Assembly (NCBI GenBank): GCA_030428125.1
Contig: JAUIBF010000001.1
Coordinates: forward strand, 78,102-142,101
Length of the DNA: 64,000 nucleotides
Reading direction: 5' to 3'
DNA from: a bacterium
GTDB taxonomy: Bacteria; Patescibacteriota; Saccharimonadia; Saccharimonadales; SZUA-47
The position numbers and the translations under genes are program-made. The number at the start of each line of letters is the position of its first letter. Within the stretch, counting starts at the first letter, position 1. The notes beneath the pieces were generated by a model. The model was not told the origin of the DNA. It saw nothing but the letters and a program-made list of their open reading frames with translations, and did not search any database. Positions 34,417 to 43,990 of this stretch are shown here, in pieces.

Positions 34417-35634
34417 CTAAATATCGTTTGCCAGACTACTGATAGGGCCAATAACGCTAGCAGCAATTAAGCCGACCATACCACCCATTACCACAATTAG
34501 TATTGGTTCTAAGATGGAGCTCAAGCCTTCTACAGCCGCGTCTACCTCTTCTTCGTAAAAGTCAGCGACCTTAATCAGCACGGTATCTGTCTGACCGGTC
34601 TCTTCGCCTATAGCAAGCATCTGACTAACAATAGGCGGGAAAACCTTGCTATTGGACAGAGGAGTGCTGAATTGTTCGCCATTTGCTACAGCTTTGGCGG
34701 CGTCCATTAACTCTTTCTCGATAACAGTGTTGCCGATAGCTTTAGAGGTAATCTCGATAGATTCAATAACACTCACACCAGCACTCATAAGACTAGCAAA
34801 GATTCTAGAGAATCGGGCGACAGCCATTTTGACTATAAGTATCCTTATGGCAGGGATTTTAAGAAGCAATCTATCGCGAGCTTCACGTCCTTTTGGAGTT
34901 TTTAGAAACTTAAATAGTGCTATCCCACCAAATAAAATTATAGCGACGTGGATATACCAAAATCCTAAGATAAAATCACTTATTCCAAGCATTACCTTGG
35001 TCATTGTAGGTAAGTCTCCACCTGTTAAATCAGCTATGATGGTCCCGACTTTAGGGACAACAATGGTCATCAAAGCAATAAAAACTATAATTGTAATTCC
35101 GATAAGAACCATAGGATAAGTCATAGCGCTTTTGAATTTAGCACGAATCGCTGCGTCTTTTTCTTGTTGAATGGCTAGTTTTTTGAGGATTTCGTCTAAG
35201 ATACCACCTGCTTCTCCTGCACGGACCATATTTATGTATATTGGATTGAAAGTTCCCTTGTATTTCTCTAGAGCATCTGCGAACGATGTCCCACTCTCGA
35301 CGTCCTTACTGATGTTTACCAGCTGTTTTTTAAAAGTTTCATTTTCGGTTTGGTTTTGCATTGTAGCTAGGGATCTAACAAGAGGGACACCGGCGTTAAT
35401 CATTGTCGCTAGCTGTCTAGTGAAAACGACTAAATCTTTCGGTTTAACGCGTCCCGGAGTCCCTTTGGTAAGCAGAGACATTATGTCGCCACCCTTGCCG
35501 GCCTTGTGGACACTTATGGGTTTCATGCCTAATCTGACGAGTGAGCTCCTGGCTGCTGTTTCAGAAGTTGCATCAATCTTGCCCGTTTTGGCCTTGCCGT
35601 CTTTTGCGATTGCTCTGTACTCGAATTCTGCCAT
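34417..35634 (-). CDS. pilC: Type IV pilus platform protein PilC (GspF family)
   Basis: Two T2SSF-type repeats (FTRQLATMINAGVPL...; FSRIFASLMSAGVSV...), 3 TM helices, 405 aa. Confidence 0.93.
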   Translation of the reverse strand: MAEFEYRAIAKDGKAKTGKIDATSETAARSSLVRLGMKPISVHKAGKGGDIMSLLTKGTPGRVKPKDLVVFTRQLATMINAGVPLVRSLATMQNQTENETFKKQLVNISKDVESGTSFADALEKYKGTFNPIYINMVRAGEAGGILDEILKKLAIQQEKDAAIRAKFKSAMTYPMVLIGITIIVFIALMTIVVPKVGTIIADLTGGDLPTMTKVMLGISDFILGFWYIHVAIILFGGIALFKFLKTPKGREARDRLLLKIPAIRILIVKMAVARFSRIFASLMSAGVSVIESIEITSKAIGNTVIEKELMDAAKAVANGEQFSTPLSNSKVFPPIVSQMLAIGEETGQTDTVLIKVADFYEEEVDAAVEGLSSILEPILIVVMGGMVGLIAASVIGPISSLANDI

Positions 35635-35740
35635 GGCTATTGCGCTCCGTTACTCAAGACAAAACCTTTGGTTTTTTCTCGATGCGCAGCAGAATGAAGT
35701 AAGTTCATCCTCCTAGCTGCTCTTTTTCTATTAATCATAT

Positions 35741-37504
35741 TTATTCTCTGGTAACCCTTAGGATTTCTTCGATGCTGGTCATTCCCAGCATTGCCTTGAC
35801 TAAACCGTCAAGCTGCATAGTTAGCATGCCTTCATTAATAGCTTTGTTTTGAATTTCCTCACTGGTTCCGTTAGCCACAATAAGGTCTTGCACTTCTTGA
35901 GTATTCTTCAAAACTTCATAAATTCCCATTCGACCTTTGTATCCAGTCTTTTCACCTTCCAGATCTTTTTTAGGTCGCCATAGGGTTAGTTTTGTAGACT
36001 TGTCTTTACCAAATTCAGCTTGCGCATCCTGGACCATCTTCAGGAGGTTATCCCAGTCAGCTTTAGTCTTTATTCCGAATACTCTTTCAATTTCTTTCTT
36101 TTCTTCATCAGATGGAGTGTATTGTTCACATTCCTCAGGTACCAATCTTCTGACGAGTCTCTGCCCGATTACTACTCGAACGACACTAGCGATAAGGAAA
36201 GGTTCGATATTCATATCCAACAAACGAGGCAAACAGGTAGCTGCATTATTTGTGTGAAGAGTAGAGAAGACCAAGTGTCCTGTAAGTGCCGCTTGGACAC
36301 CCAATCCAGCAGTTTCACCGTCACGAATCTCTCCAACCATGATGATGTTAGGATCTTGTCTTAGTAGTGCGCGCAATCCAGCGACAAATGTCATTCCGGC
36401 AATAGGATTCACCTGAGTCTGATTAACGCCTTCTAATTTATATTCAACAGGATCTTCTATGGTGCTGATGTTCACGTCTGGCTTATTTAAGATGTGTAAC
36501 ACGCTGTGTAAGGTTGTAGATTTTCCTGAACCAGTTGGGCCTGTTACTAATATCATTCCGTGGGGTTGATGTGAGGCCTCAGTAATATCTTCTAGCGCCT
36601 TACCCCAAAATCCCAGCTTTTCTAATGCCAGTGGCTCGCTGGATTCGTCCAACACACGCATTACCACTTTTTCGCCTTCGGCAATCGGTAGAGTGGAGAC
36701 ACGAAATGCATAAACTCGACTATTCATATTAATTTTGAATCGACCGTCTTGTGGTGCACGCCGTTCGTCGATTTTTAGATTAGACAAAATCTTAATTCTT
36801 GAAGTTAACGCCGCCATTGTGCGTTTTGGTAGCCGGTTGGCTTCCTTAAGAACTCCATCAATTCTGTAGCGAATAATAACGTTTTTTTCCCGAGGTTCAA
36901 TGTGGATGTCGCTTGCACCGGACTTAACTGCGTACTCGATGATTAAGTTCACAGTTTGCGCAATGGGAGAGTCTTCTGCAATATCTTCTTCGGATATGTC
37001 TTCGTCTCCTTCTTCTCCTTCTTCGCCGTCAGTAACAATTTTAGAAATTTCACTACCTATATTTCCACGATATAGGTCAAGTGCATTTATGATATTAACT
37101 TTTGTGGATATAAATAGTTTTATGTTTTGTCCGAAGAGTTTATGTAGTACATCAATTGCCTGCAGGTCGTCAGGGTCAACCATTGCAATCTGACGTGGTT
37201 CTTTTTCATCATCAATACTGCCACCGACTACAACCATATTGTAGAGTTTGGCGATATTTTCCGGGACTTGTTTAAGGGTCTCTTTATCTAGTTCTTTGAC
37301 GTTAATGTCCATGTAGGGGACACCAATTTCGTCAGAGTAGAGCTTAACGAGCTCCGAGTCGCTAACTATGTTTTGAGACACAACCAACTCTTCCAAGTTG
37401 GCTTTTTCGTTAGTCGCTTCCGTTTCAAGGTTAGCTAATTGATCGGCATCAATTTTTTTAGCGTTCTTGAGTAGTTCTATTACAGTGCTGTTTGGTATTG
37501 GCAT
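35741..37504 (-). CDS. pilB: Type IV pilus assembly ATPase PilB (GspE family)
   Basis: Walker A GPTGSGKSTT, Asp box, Walker B IMVGEIRD, His box TGHLVFSTLHTN. ATG at 37504 (MPIPNSTV) is preferred over the upstream ORF-track start. Confidence 0.95.
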   Translation of the reverse strand: MPIPNSTVIELLKNAKKIDADQLANLETEATNEKANLEELVVSQNIVSDSELVKLYSDEIGVPYMDINVKELDKETLKQVPENIAKLYNMVVVGGSIDDEKEPRQIAMVDPDDLQAIDVLHKLFGQNIKLFISTKVNIINALDLYRGNIGSEISKIVTDGEEGEEGDEDISEEDIAEDSPIAQTVNLIIEYAVKSGASDIHIEPREKNVIIRYRIDGVLKEANRLPKRTMAALTSRIKILSNLKIDERRAPQDGRFKINMNSRVYAFRVSTLPIAEGEKVVMRVLDESSEPLALEKLGFWGKALEDITEASHQPHGMILVTGPTGSGKSTTLHSVLHILNKPDVNISTIEDPVEYKLEGVNQTQVNPIAGMTFVAGLRALLRQDPNIIMVGEIRDGETAGLGVQAALTGHLVFSTLHTNNAATCLPRLLDMNIEPFLIASVVRVVIGQRLVRRLVPEECEQYTPSDEEKKEIERVFGIKTKADWDNLLKMVQDAQAEFGKDKSTKLTLWRPKKDLEGEKTGYKGRMGIYEVLKNTQEVQDLIVANGTSEEIQNKAINEGMLTMQLDGLVKAMLGMTSIEEILRVTRE

Positions 37505-37786
37505 TTCGTATGGTGACCCTCGCCCAATAAAATAATCAGGCTTACCCCTTAAGCTTAATATTATCACATCTGATTACCTAAGTGTATTCATCAAAAATTT
37601 AAAAAACAGTAGGAAAACAGAACCAAGGCAAGAAAATTTTGTTTTATCCACAAGCGGCATAAGAGTAAAAAACATATAGCATCAAAAAAGCTAAACGTGT
37701 TAAGTAGACATATGCAAAATAGGGCTCTATACTAGTTAAGGTAAAACGAAGCACACAACTAAATTAATGGTATAAGGAGCTGAAAA

Positions 37787-38824
37787 ATGTCTGCTAAGAA
37801 AAAAGGCGAATCGAAAACTATGGGCGCTAAAGCAAGTGATGATGAGGGAAAGAAAAAGGCACTAAACCTAGCAGTGGATCAGATTGAAAAGCAATTCGGT
37901 AAAGGCTCCATCATGCACCTAGAAGGTGACAACAAAATAGATGTTGAGACTATTCGAACTGGGTCTGTGTCGCTTGATCTTGCTCTAGGTGGTGGTATAC
38001 CGAAAGGTCGAATTATTGAAATTTATGGTCCAGAAAGTTCTGGTAAAACTACTCTTACATTGCACGCTGTTGCAGAAATCCAAAAGTCCGGCGGGATGGC
38101 TGCGTTTGTAGACGCTGAGCACGCACTTGACCCAGCATATGCTAAAAAGCTGGGTGTAGATGTAGAGAAACTATTGGTCAGCCAACCAGACAGTGGCGAG
38201 CAGGCACTGGAAATTGTAGAAACTTTAGTTAGATCAAATGCTGTTGATTTGGTGGTAGTTGACTCTGTTGCAGCGTTAGTTCCTCAGGCAGAAATCGAAG
38301 GAGACATGGGTGATTCTCACATGGGACTGCAAGCTCGTCTAATGAGCCAAGCATTGCGTAAGTTGACGAGCATAATCAGTCGCAGTAAATGTACGGTAAT
38401 TTTCATCAACCAGTTGCGCATGAAAATTGGTGTTATGTTTGGTAATCCAGAAACAACAACCGGTGGAAACGCTCTAAAGTTCTACGCTAGCGTAAGAATG
38501 GACATTCGTCGTACTTCACAGATAAAAACAGGCGAAGAAATTATCGGAAACAGGGTTAGAGTGAAGGTTGTTAAAAACAAAATTGCACCACCTTTCCGTC
38601 AGGCAGAGTTCGACATAATGTATAACCAAGGAATTAGCGCCGAAGGTGACATTCTGGATCTTGCTACTGAAAGAGGAATTGTAGAAAAGGCTGGAGCCTG
38701 GTTTGCATATAACGGAGAAAACGTGGCACAAGGTCGTGAAGCCGCCAAGCAATACTTAAAAGATAATCCAAAAGTTCTAAAAGAAATTGATAAGAAAGTC
38801 CGAGAAGCCAAAGTCGAAGAGTAA
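37787..38824 (+). CDS. recA: Recombinase RecA
   Basis: GPESSGKTT Walker [11 protein letters not shown]1/L2 loops. AAGGAG SD. Confidence 0.98.
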   Translation: MSAKKKGESKTMGAKASDDEGKKKALNLAVDQIEKQFGKGSIMHLEGDNKIDVETIRTGSVSLDLALGGGIPKGRIIEIYGPESSGKTTLTLHAVAEIQKSGGMAAFVDAEHALDPAYAKKLGVDVEKLLVSQPDSGEQALEIVETLVRSNAVDLVVVDSVAALVPQAEIEGDMGDSHMGLQARLMSQALRKLTSIISRSKCTVIFINQLRMKIGVMFGNPETTTGGNALKFYASVRMDIRRTSQIKTGEEIIGNRVRVKVVKNKIAPPFRQAEFDIMYNQGISAEGDILDLATERGIVEKAGAWFAYNGENVAQGREAAKQYLKDNPKVLKEIDKKVREAKVEE

Positions 38825-38833
38825 GATTAAACA

Positions 38834-39433
38834 ATGAAGATTACTTCATTAAAATCACAGGTTAAAAACCCTGATAGAGTGAGTGTTTTTGTAGATAATA
38901 AATATTCTTTTTCGCTGACGTTTGATCAGATGCTTGAGCAAAAACTCAAGAAAGATATTGAGCTGGACCAAACTGATATCAATCGTCTAAAGAAGTTATC
39001 CGACGAAGGTAAGCTGAAAGCCAGAGCACTAGAATGGTTAATGGGCAGGCCACATTCGGAGAGAGAATTTCGTGATTATATGTTTCGTAAAAAGGCCGAT
39101 AAGGACTTAACGCAAGCATGGCTAGAAGAGTTTAGACAAAAAAACTATCTAAACGACGAAAATTTTGCACGTTGGTTTGCTGAGAACCGGATGCGAAAAA
39201 ACAAAAGTAAACGAGAAATCGAGGCAGAATTAATATCAAAAGGCATCCCACAAGTCACTATACAAAATACAGTGACTGATCTAAAAATAGATTCCCTGGA
39301 AAAAGAAGCGCTCCAGGAACTAGTTAACAAGTTACGAAAACGTACTAGGTATTCTGACGAAACTAAGTTGAAAAAGTATTTAGTATCAAAAGGCTTCAAT
39401 TATTCGGACATAAAAGTAGCTCTAGATTCTTAA
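38834..39433 (+). CDS. recX: RecX regulatory protein
   Basis: Position immediately after recA. Helical repeat pattern (ALEWLMGRPHSEREFRDYMFRK...) of the RecX family. Confidence 0.8.
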   Translation: MKITSLKSQVKNPDRVSVFVDNKYSFSLTFDQMLEQKLKKDIELDQTDINRLKKLSDEGKLKARALEWLMGRPHSEREFRDYMFRKKADKDLTQAWLEEFRQKNYLNDENFARWFAENRMRKNKSKREIEAELISKGIPQVTIQNTVTDLKIDSLEKEALQELVNKLRKRTRYSDETKLKKYLVSKGFNYSDIKVALDS

Positions 39434-39948
39434 GCTCTTGCTCTCACCGGAGCGCCGTTACCCACCTTAACAGTGGCATCAGAAACGGTTATATATTTAT
39501 CATTTATCTCAACAATTTCATTTCTTCCGATTAGTAATTGGTTTCCTGACAGACCTTTTAGCAATGGAGGGTTTACATATAGCTTCTGTACATAAAAACT
39601 TTCATCTACTGCAAAGTCTACAACTTTTCCTAGCTTTTTTTTACTCTCGGTCACCACCGACTTGCCTGTTATCTCAAAATTAGCTTCTATCACTGGCTTC
39701 ATCCTAACTAGGTCGTCCGGTGAAGTGATGGCGTCGTGATCATCTACTACTAGTCCTTTGGTGATAAAATCTCTAACTTCACTAAAAGGTAACACAAAAC
39801 TACCTTTTTGAGATACGTCCCTAGCATGCCAGCCGACAATTTTTAGATTATTTGGATTGACTATAGGTGTATCAGCAATTCCAATTTTTCCCCCTGTTCT
39901 GAGAGACATTATCGATCTATCGTAGAAAGAATTTGAAAGCCTAAGCAT
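39430..39948 (-). CDS. PRC-barrel domain protein (two repeats)
   Basis: MSLRTGGKIGIADTPIVNPNNLKIVGW and LSGNQLLIGRNEIVEINDKYITV resemble PRC-barrel repeats. Confidence 0.5.
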   Translation of the reverse strand: MLRLSNSFYDRSIMSLRTGGKIGIADTPIVNPNNLKIVGWHARDVSQKGSFVLPFSEVRDFITKGLVVDDHDAITSPDDLVRMKPVIEANFEITGKSVVTESKKKLGKVVDFAVDESFYVQKLYVNPPLLKGLSGNQLLIGRNEIVEINDKYITVSDATVKVGNGAPVRARA

Positions 39949-40013
39949 CTTGCCTACCAGTATATCAAGTAATTTGCTTGTCGATAGATAGATATAAGGG
40001 TTAATCTATATAG

Positions 40014-40472
40014 GTGCATATCGAAAAAATTACAAAATCTCCTGATGAGACAGAAGAACTAGGAGGTAAATTTGGGGGCAGTCTCAAGGGTGGAGAGTGT
40101 ATAGAATTTGCTAGCGACCTGGGTGGCGGAAAGACAACTTTTGTCCGTGGATTGGCCCGAGGGGCAGGTAGCTCAGACTCAGTATCCAGTCCGACCTTTA
40201 CAATTTCTCAGGTGTACAATACAAGACATTTTGATATTCATCATTTTGATTTTTACAGACTTCAGGATCCCGGTTTAGTCAGAGAAGAACTTTCTGAACT
40301 AATCAATACCAAAGACGTTATTTTAGTCGAGTGGGCAGAATCTGTAACAGATGCATTGCCCACAGAAAGAATTAAGATATCAATTACAAAAGATAAAGAT
40401 AATGAAAGTCACAGAATTTTTACATTTGAAATTCCCGAATCACTCAGTAGTTTTATGGAGGCTGTGAAATGA
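40014..40472 (+). CDS. tsaE: t6A biosynthesis ATPase TsaE
   Basis: ASDLGGGKTTFVRGLARG P-loop, SPTFTISQVY, HFDFYRL, VEW blocks. GTG start. Confidence 0.88.
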   Translation: MHIEKITKSPDETEELGGKFGGSLKGGECIEFASDLGGGKTTFVRGLARGAGSSDSVSSPTFTISQVYNTRHFDIHHFDFYRLQDPGLVREELSELINTKDVILVEWAESVTDALPTERIKISITKDKDNESHRIFTFEIPESLSSFMEAVK

Positions 40473-40858
40473 TTCTGTTAATAAAATCTGAAACAAAAGA
40501 TGTTGAGTTGCATGTATATGAAAATGCAGCAGAGCTGGCAAGTAAAAAGTGGGATGCCGGTAGAGAACTTTCCGAACAACTACTAGCAGGAATAGATGAT
40601 ATTTTGGCTTCAAAAAACACAAATATTGCTAGCGTTAAAGGACTCGTCGTTTATGAAGGACCTGGTTCTTACACGGGGCTCAGGATCTCTATTAGTGTCG
40701 CGAACAGTATTGGTTACTCTAATAAAGTCCCAGTTGTGGGCGTAACAGGTGAAAATTGGATTTCTGATGGGCTAAAAAAAATAGATAGAGTTAGCGATTT
40801 TACTCCAATATCTCCTGTTTATGGAGGCGAAGTGTTTACTACCAAGCCTAAGAAATAA
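40469..40858 (+). CDS. tsaB: TsaB-like protein, N-terminal half only
   Basis: VYEGPGSYTGLRISISVANSIGY is the TsaB/YeaZ signature. Only 129 aa. ATGA overlap with tsaE. Confidence 0.7.
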   Translation: MILLIKSETKDVELHVYENAAELASKKWDAGRELSEQLLAGIDDILASKNTNIASVKGLVVYEGPGSYTGLRISISVANSIGYSNKVPVVGVTGENWISDGLKKIDRVSDFTPISPVYGGEVFTTKPKK

Positions 40859-40865
40859 ACTCCTA

Positions 40866-40892
40866 CTGTACAAGGAACGTCCTTGTACAGTG
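40866..40892 (+). terminator. Terminator hairpin after tsaB
   Basis: ACTGTACAAGGA-acg-TCCTTGTACAGT perfect 12-bp stem followed by a GT-rich tract. Confidence 0.7.
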
Positions 40893-41051
40893 TTGTGGAA
40901 TAGTCAGCAGATAAGCATAAAAAGCTTGACTTGGTTTTAAGATACAGCTATTGTTCAAGTTGTAGTAATTAAATACACAAAAACATCTAAAAAAGAAAAA
41001 CGGGCGCAAAATAAGTTCTTCTTTTTTAGGCAAAAAAAGAAAGAAGGGCGT

Positions 41052-42668
41052 ATGAAAATTGCCAAAACATTTAATAAAGTTGCTCTAGTCAGCATGCTCG
41101 CGAGCCTCGTGACTCCACTAGCAATTCTAGTCCCGAAAGTCTCAGCAGCAGCTGTTACTTGGGATGGAGAAGGAGCTGATAATAACTGGTCTACAGCTGC
41201 AAACTGGAGTGGTGATGCAGTACCTGTTGATGGAGACTCTTTAATTTTCGATGTCTCAATTTTATCTCAAAATGAAACTCTAAATAATGACCTAACCGAC
41301 TTGAGTGTAGTTGGGGTAACACGTTCTGGAGATGCTGGGGTTTCCGACCAATTTTCATACACCGTTGAAGGTAACCCTATCATTCTATCTGGTCCCATTG
41401 TTGGTGCTGGAGATGACGAATGGGGACAATTGAGAATGGAGATTGGAATTACGTTAGGGTCAAATGTAACTATTACGAACATGAGCCAAGTCTACTTGGA
41501 CCCACCAAGTACTTTTGATATAGGTGTTTACGATTTAACATTCCAGGGAGAAGCCACTATTTTTGGATTAATTGGTTCAGGAGATGTTTCTATCGAGTCT
41601 GGAAATGTTTCAATTTCATCTATTTCAGATTCAACATATTCAGGAGCAGTTACAGTCACAGGTGGAAAGTTAACTACATCTTCTTCTGGACTTGCAACGG
41701 CATCTTCAATTACAGTGAACTCAAGTGGTGTGTTGTCTATTAGTGGATCCGAGTTTGGAGTTCCACTAGTGCTAGGTGGTACTGGAGGACCTTGTTGGGG
41801 CCCTGATAACTGTGTTTTAGAAACTACCTTTCAAAGCCCGGATCTCACAGGAGGAGTTGAGCTTACTAGTGACGTGACATTCCAGCTAGACGGTGGAACC
41901 ATGAATATCGATGAGCCATTTACTGATAATGATTTCGAAATAGCTCTTGGAACAGGTTCTACCGGTAGCTTAAAGTTGCCAGGTGAAGAAGCTAAAGAAT
42001 CCGAAACAGAAACTATAACTATAGGAAAAGATGACAAGAGCTCTGCTTCTTTAACCGTTTACAACAACCAGACAGTAATAGTAAATGGAGAACGAGGAAG
42101 CGCATATGTATATAATGGAGGGACTCTAAAAGGTACGGGTACCATTACCGGAAACGTATCTATAACAGGGGGCACGTTGGCTCCAGGTGAAAGTCCCGGC
42201 TGTTTAACTATTTCTTCAGGAGGACTAACATTTAGTGGTGGAACTTATGAAGTAGAAATCCAAGGCAGTACAGTTTGTAGCGATTATGATCAAGTTGAAG
42301 TAACAGGTGCAGTAGATCTGAGTAACGACCCTACGCTGGATGTCAATTTCCTGAATAGTTTTGTTCCAGAGTTGAACGATGCATTTATGATTATCGATAA
42401 CGATGCATCTGACGAGATTTCCGGTACGTTTGATGGTTTGGAAGATGGGGCGACATTTACAGTGGATGGCGTTACTTTCCAGATTAACTACAACGGTGGT
42501 GACGGTAATGATGTGATGTTGCTGGTAACAGCAGTGTCAGAAGAGCCAGAAGCTCCAGATACGGGGCTTGAGTCATTAGTATCAAATCCTCTGGTTACAG
42601 TCATCGCGGCACTATCTGCGATTTCAGTATTAGGCGGAATCAGGTTCGTAGACAGTAAAAGAAAATAA
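41052..42668 (+). CDS. Secreted beta-helical repeat surface protein with C-terminal sortase-type sorting signal (PDTG)
   Basis: Signal peptide (...PKVSAAA). VTWDGEGADNNWSTAANWSG..VP and GTLKGTGTITGNVSITGGTLAPGESPG...YDQVEVTG...INYNGGDGNDVMLL are blocks of autotransporter-associated beta-strand repeat proteins. The C-terminus is EAPDTG, a hydrophobic helix, then SKRK. Confidence 0.8.
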   Translation: MKIAKTFNKVALVSMLASLVTPLAILVPKVSAAAVTWDGEGADNNWSTAANWSGDAVPVDGDSLIFDVSILSQNETLNNDLTDLSVVGVTRSGDAGVSDQFSYTVEGNPIILSGPIVGAGDDEWGQLRMEIGITLGSNVTITNMSQVYLDPPSTFDIGVYDLTFQGEATIFGLIGSGDVSIESGNVSISSISDSTYSGAVTVTGGKLTTSSSGLATASSITVNSSGVLSISGSEFGVPLVLGGTGGPCWGPDNCVLETTFQSPDLTGGVELTSDVTFQLDGGTMNIDEPFTDNDFEIALGTGSTGSLKLPGEEAKESETETITIGKDDKSSASLTVYNNQTVIVNGERGSAYVYNGGTLKGTGTITGNVSITGGTLAPGESPGCLTISSGGLTFSGGTYEVEIQGSTVCSDYDQVEVTGAVDLSNDPTLDVNFLNSFVPELNDAFMIIDNDASDEISGTFDGLEDGATFTVDGVTFQINYNGGDGNDVMLLVTAVSEEPEAPDTGLESLVSNPLVTVIAALSAISVLGGIRFVDSKRK

Positions 42669-42689
42669 AAATTAACAAACTAGAAATTT

Positions 42690-42723
42690 ACCCTGCCAGG
42701 CTACAAATAGTCTGGTAGGGTTT
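42690..42723 (+). terminator. Hairpin between surface protein and sortase
   Basis: ACCCTGCCAG...CTGGTAGGGT 10-bp stem (one G-U) followed by TTT. Confidence 0.55.
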
Positions 42724-42734
42724 CAAAAATAAAA

Positions 42735-43763
42735 ATGAGTTCCAGAATTAGTTTAAGCAGCCCAGAGATGACAGGTCGAGTACGAAAGTTCGACCAGTAC
42801 ATTCATAATCCTGCAAGATCAAAGCGACAAAGCGCGAGCAAAGAGTCGGCAACCAGAACAAGAATTGTCGAAGCGCCTGTTAAGTCACAAACACAGTTCC
42901 TGCCTAGACCCAAAAGTGTAGTTACTCAATCCCAGCCCATTGTTCATAAGCAGGTACAGGCTAGGAACACCTCAAAAGACATTGCCCTTCAGTCTGTAGC
43001 AGACTCTAAAGAACGAACTGACAATCATGGTTACGTTGTACAGCAGTTCAGTGATGAACAAGTCGTAGATTATGCACCTGTTAAGTCAAAAACAAGTAAA
43101 TTAAGCAAGGCCATGTACGCGCTTGGTTTATTTGTTTTTGTTTTCGCAATCTTTACCTCTGTTCAATCATTCCTGTTCAATAACCAAGCCAGGGAACAGG
43201 TAGCTGCTCTCGGCGTTAACAGTGATGAACAGGGTGCAAGCGAAGGTACCGGAAGTGACCCAAGTGAAGAGCCAGTAAGTAATAGCGCAATTGCGAATTA
43301 TTTTGTAACTAATCCGGAAGACCCCAGATACATTAGAATTCCAGACCTTGGTTTGATGGCCAGAGTAAAAAATCTGGGCATAGATAGTAGTGGAGCAGTT
43401 GATGCTCCAGGAAACATTAACGATGCTGGTTGGTATAACGGCAGCGCAAGACCCGGAGGCGAATACGGTTCTAGCCTGGTATTAGGTCATGTATCTGGCT
43501 GGACGGCTCCAGGAATTTTTAAAAAGGTGGATAGTTTAAAACCAGGATCTGTCATCGAAATTGAAAAAGGTAGTGGGGAACGGATTCAGTATATGGTAAA
43601 GCAAACCAGAAGCGTTAAGGTTGATCAAATCGATATGTCTGAAATATTAACACCAGATAACCCGAATGAAGCAGAACTTAACTTAATGACCTGTTCAGGT
43701 AAGTACAATCGTGAAACCGACACCTACGAAGAACGACTAGTTATTCAAGCTATAAAAATTTAG
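42735..43763 (+). CDS. Sortase (transpeptidase) with long disordered cytoplasmic N-terminus
   Basis: About 125-aa Ser/Lys/Gln-rich N-terminus. TM helix AMYALGLFVFVFAIFTSVQSFLF. Catalytic His (LVLGHVSGW), Cys (LNLMTCSG) and Arg (EERLVIQA). Confidence 0.85.
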   Translation: MSSRISLSSPEMTGRVRKFDQYIHNPARSKRQSASKESATRTRIVEAPVKSQTQFLPRPKSVVTQSQPIVHKQVQARNTSKDIALQSVADSKERTDNHGYVVQQFSDEQVVDYAPVKSKTSKLSKAMYALGLFVFVFAIFTSVQSFLFNNQAREQVAALGVNSDEQGASEGTGSDPSEEPVSNSAIANYFVTNPEDPRYIRIPDLGLMARVKNLGIDSSGAVDAPGNINDAGWYNGSARPGGEYGSSLVLGHVSGWTAPGIFKKVDSLKPGSVIEIEKGSGERIQYMVKQTRSVKVDQIDMSEILTPDNPNEAELNLMTCSGKYNRETDTYEERLVIQAIKI

Positions 43764-43990
43764 ATAAATTGTCATTGCGTGCAAGGGATCACTTCGCGTA
43801 TAGTTAATTATAGTTTGATTTATAAATTAGCCAGAAAATTGTGTGAGGCTAAAAATAGCGAACCAAACTAAATTTTACGATTATATTATTTTATTTTCGA
43901 TTGCATAGTTCTAAAAACTCTCAAGCTAAAGAAGTGATAGTGATTGCTTGAATGATAGAACAGCTACGATAGAAAGGGAGGACCAAGGAA

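Noticed and set aside
35637-35708. 23-aa minus-strand sORF between pilB and pilC preceded by AGGAGG
   Set aside because: The AGGAGG abuts the ATG with no spacer, so it cannot serve as its SD. The peptide has no distinctive features.
37644-37652. Perfect DnaA-box consensus TTATCCACA upstream of recA (possible oriC)
   Set aside because: It is a single isolated box. There is no cluster, no adjacent AT-rich unwinding element pattern and no dnaA/dnaN nearby, so it is compatible with chance.
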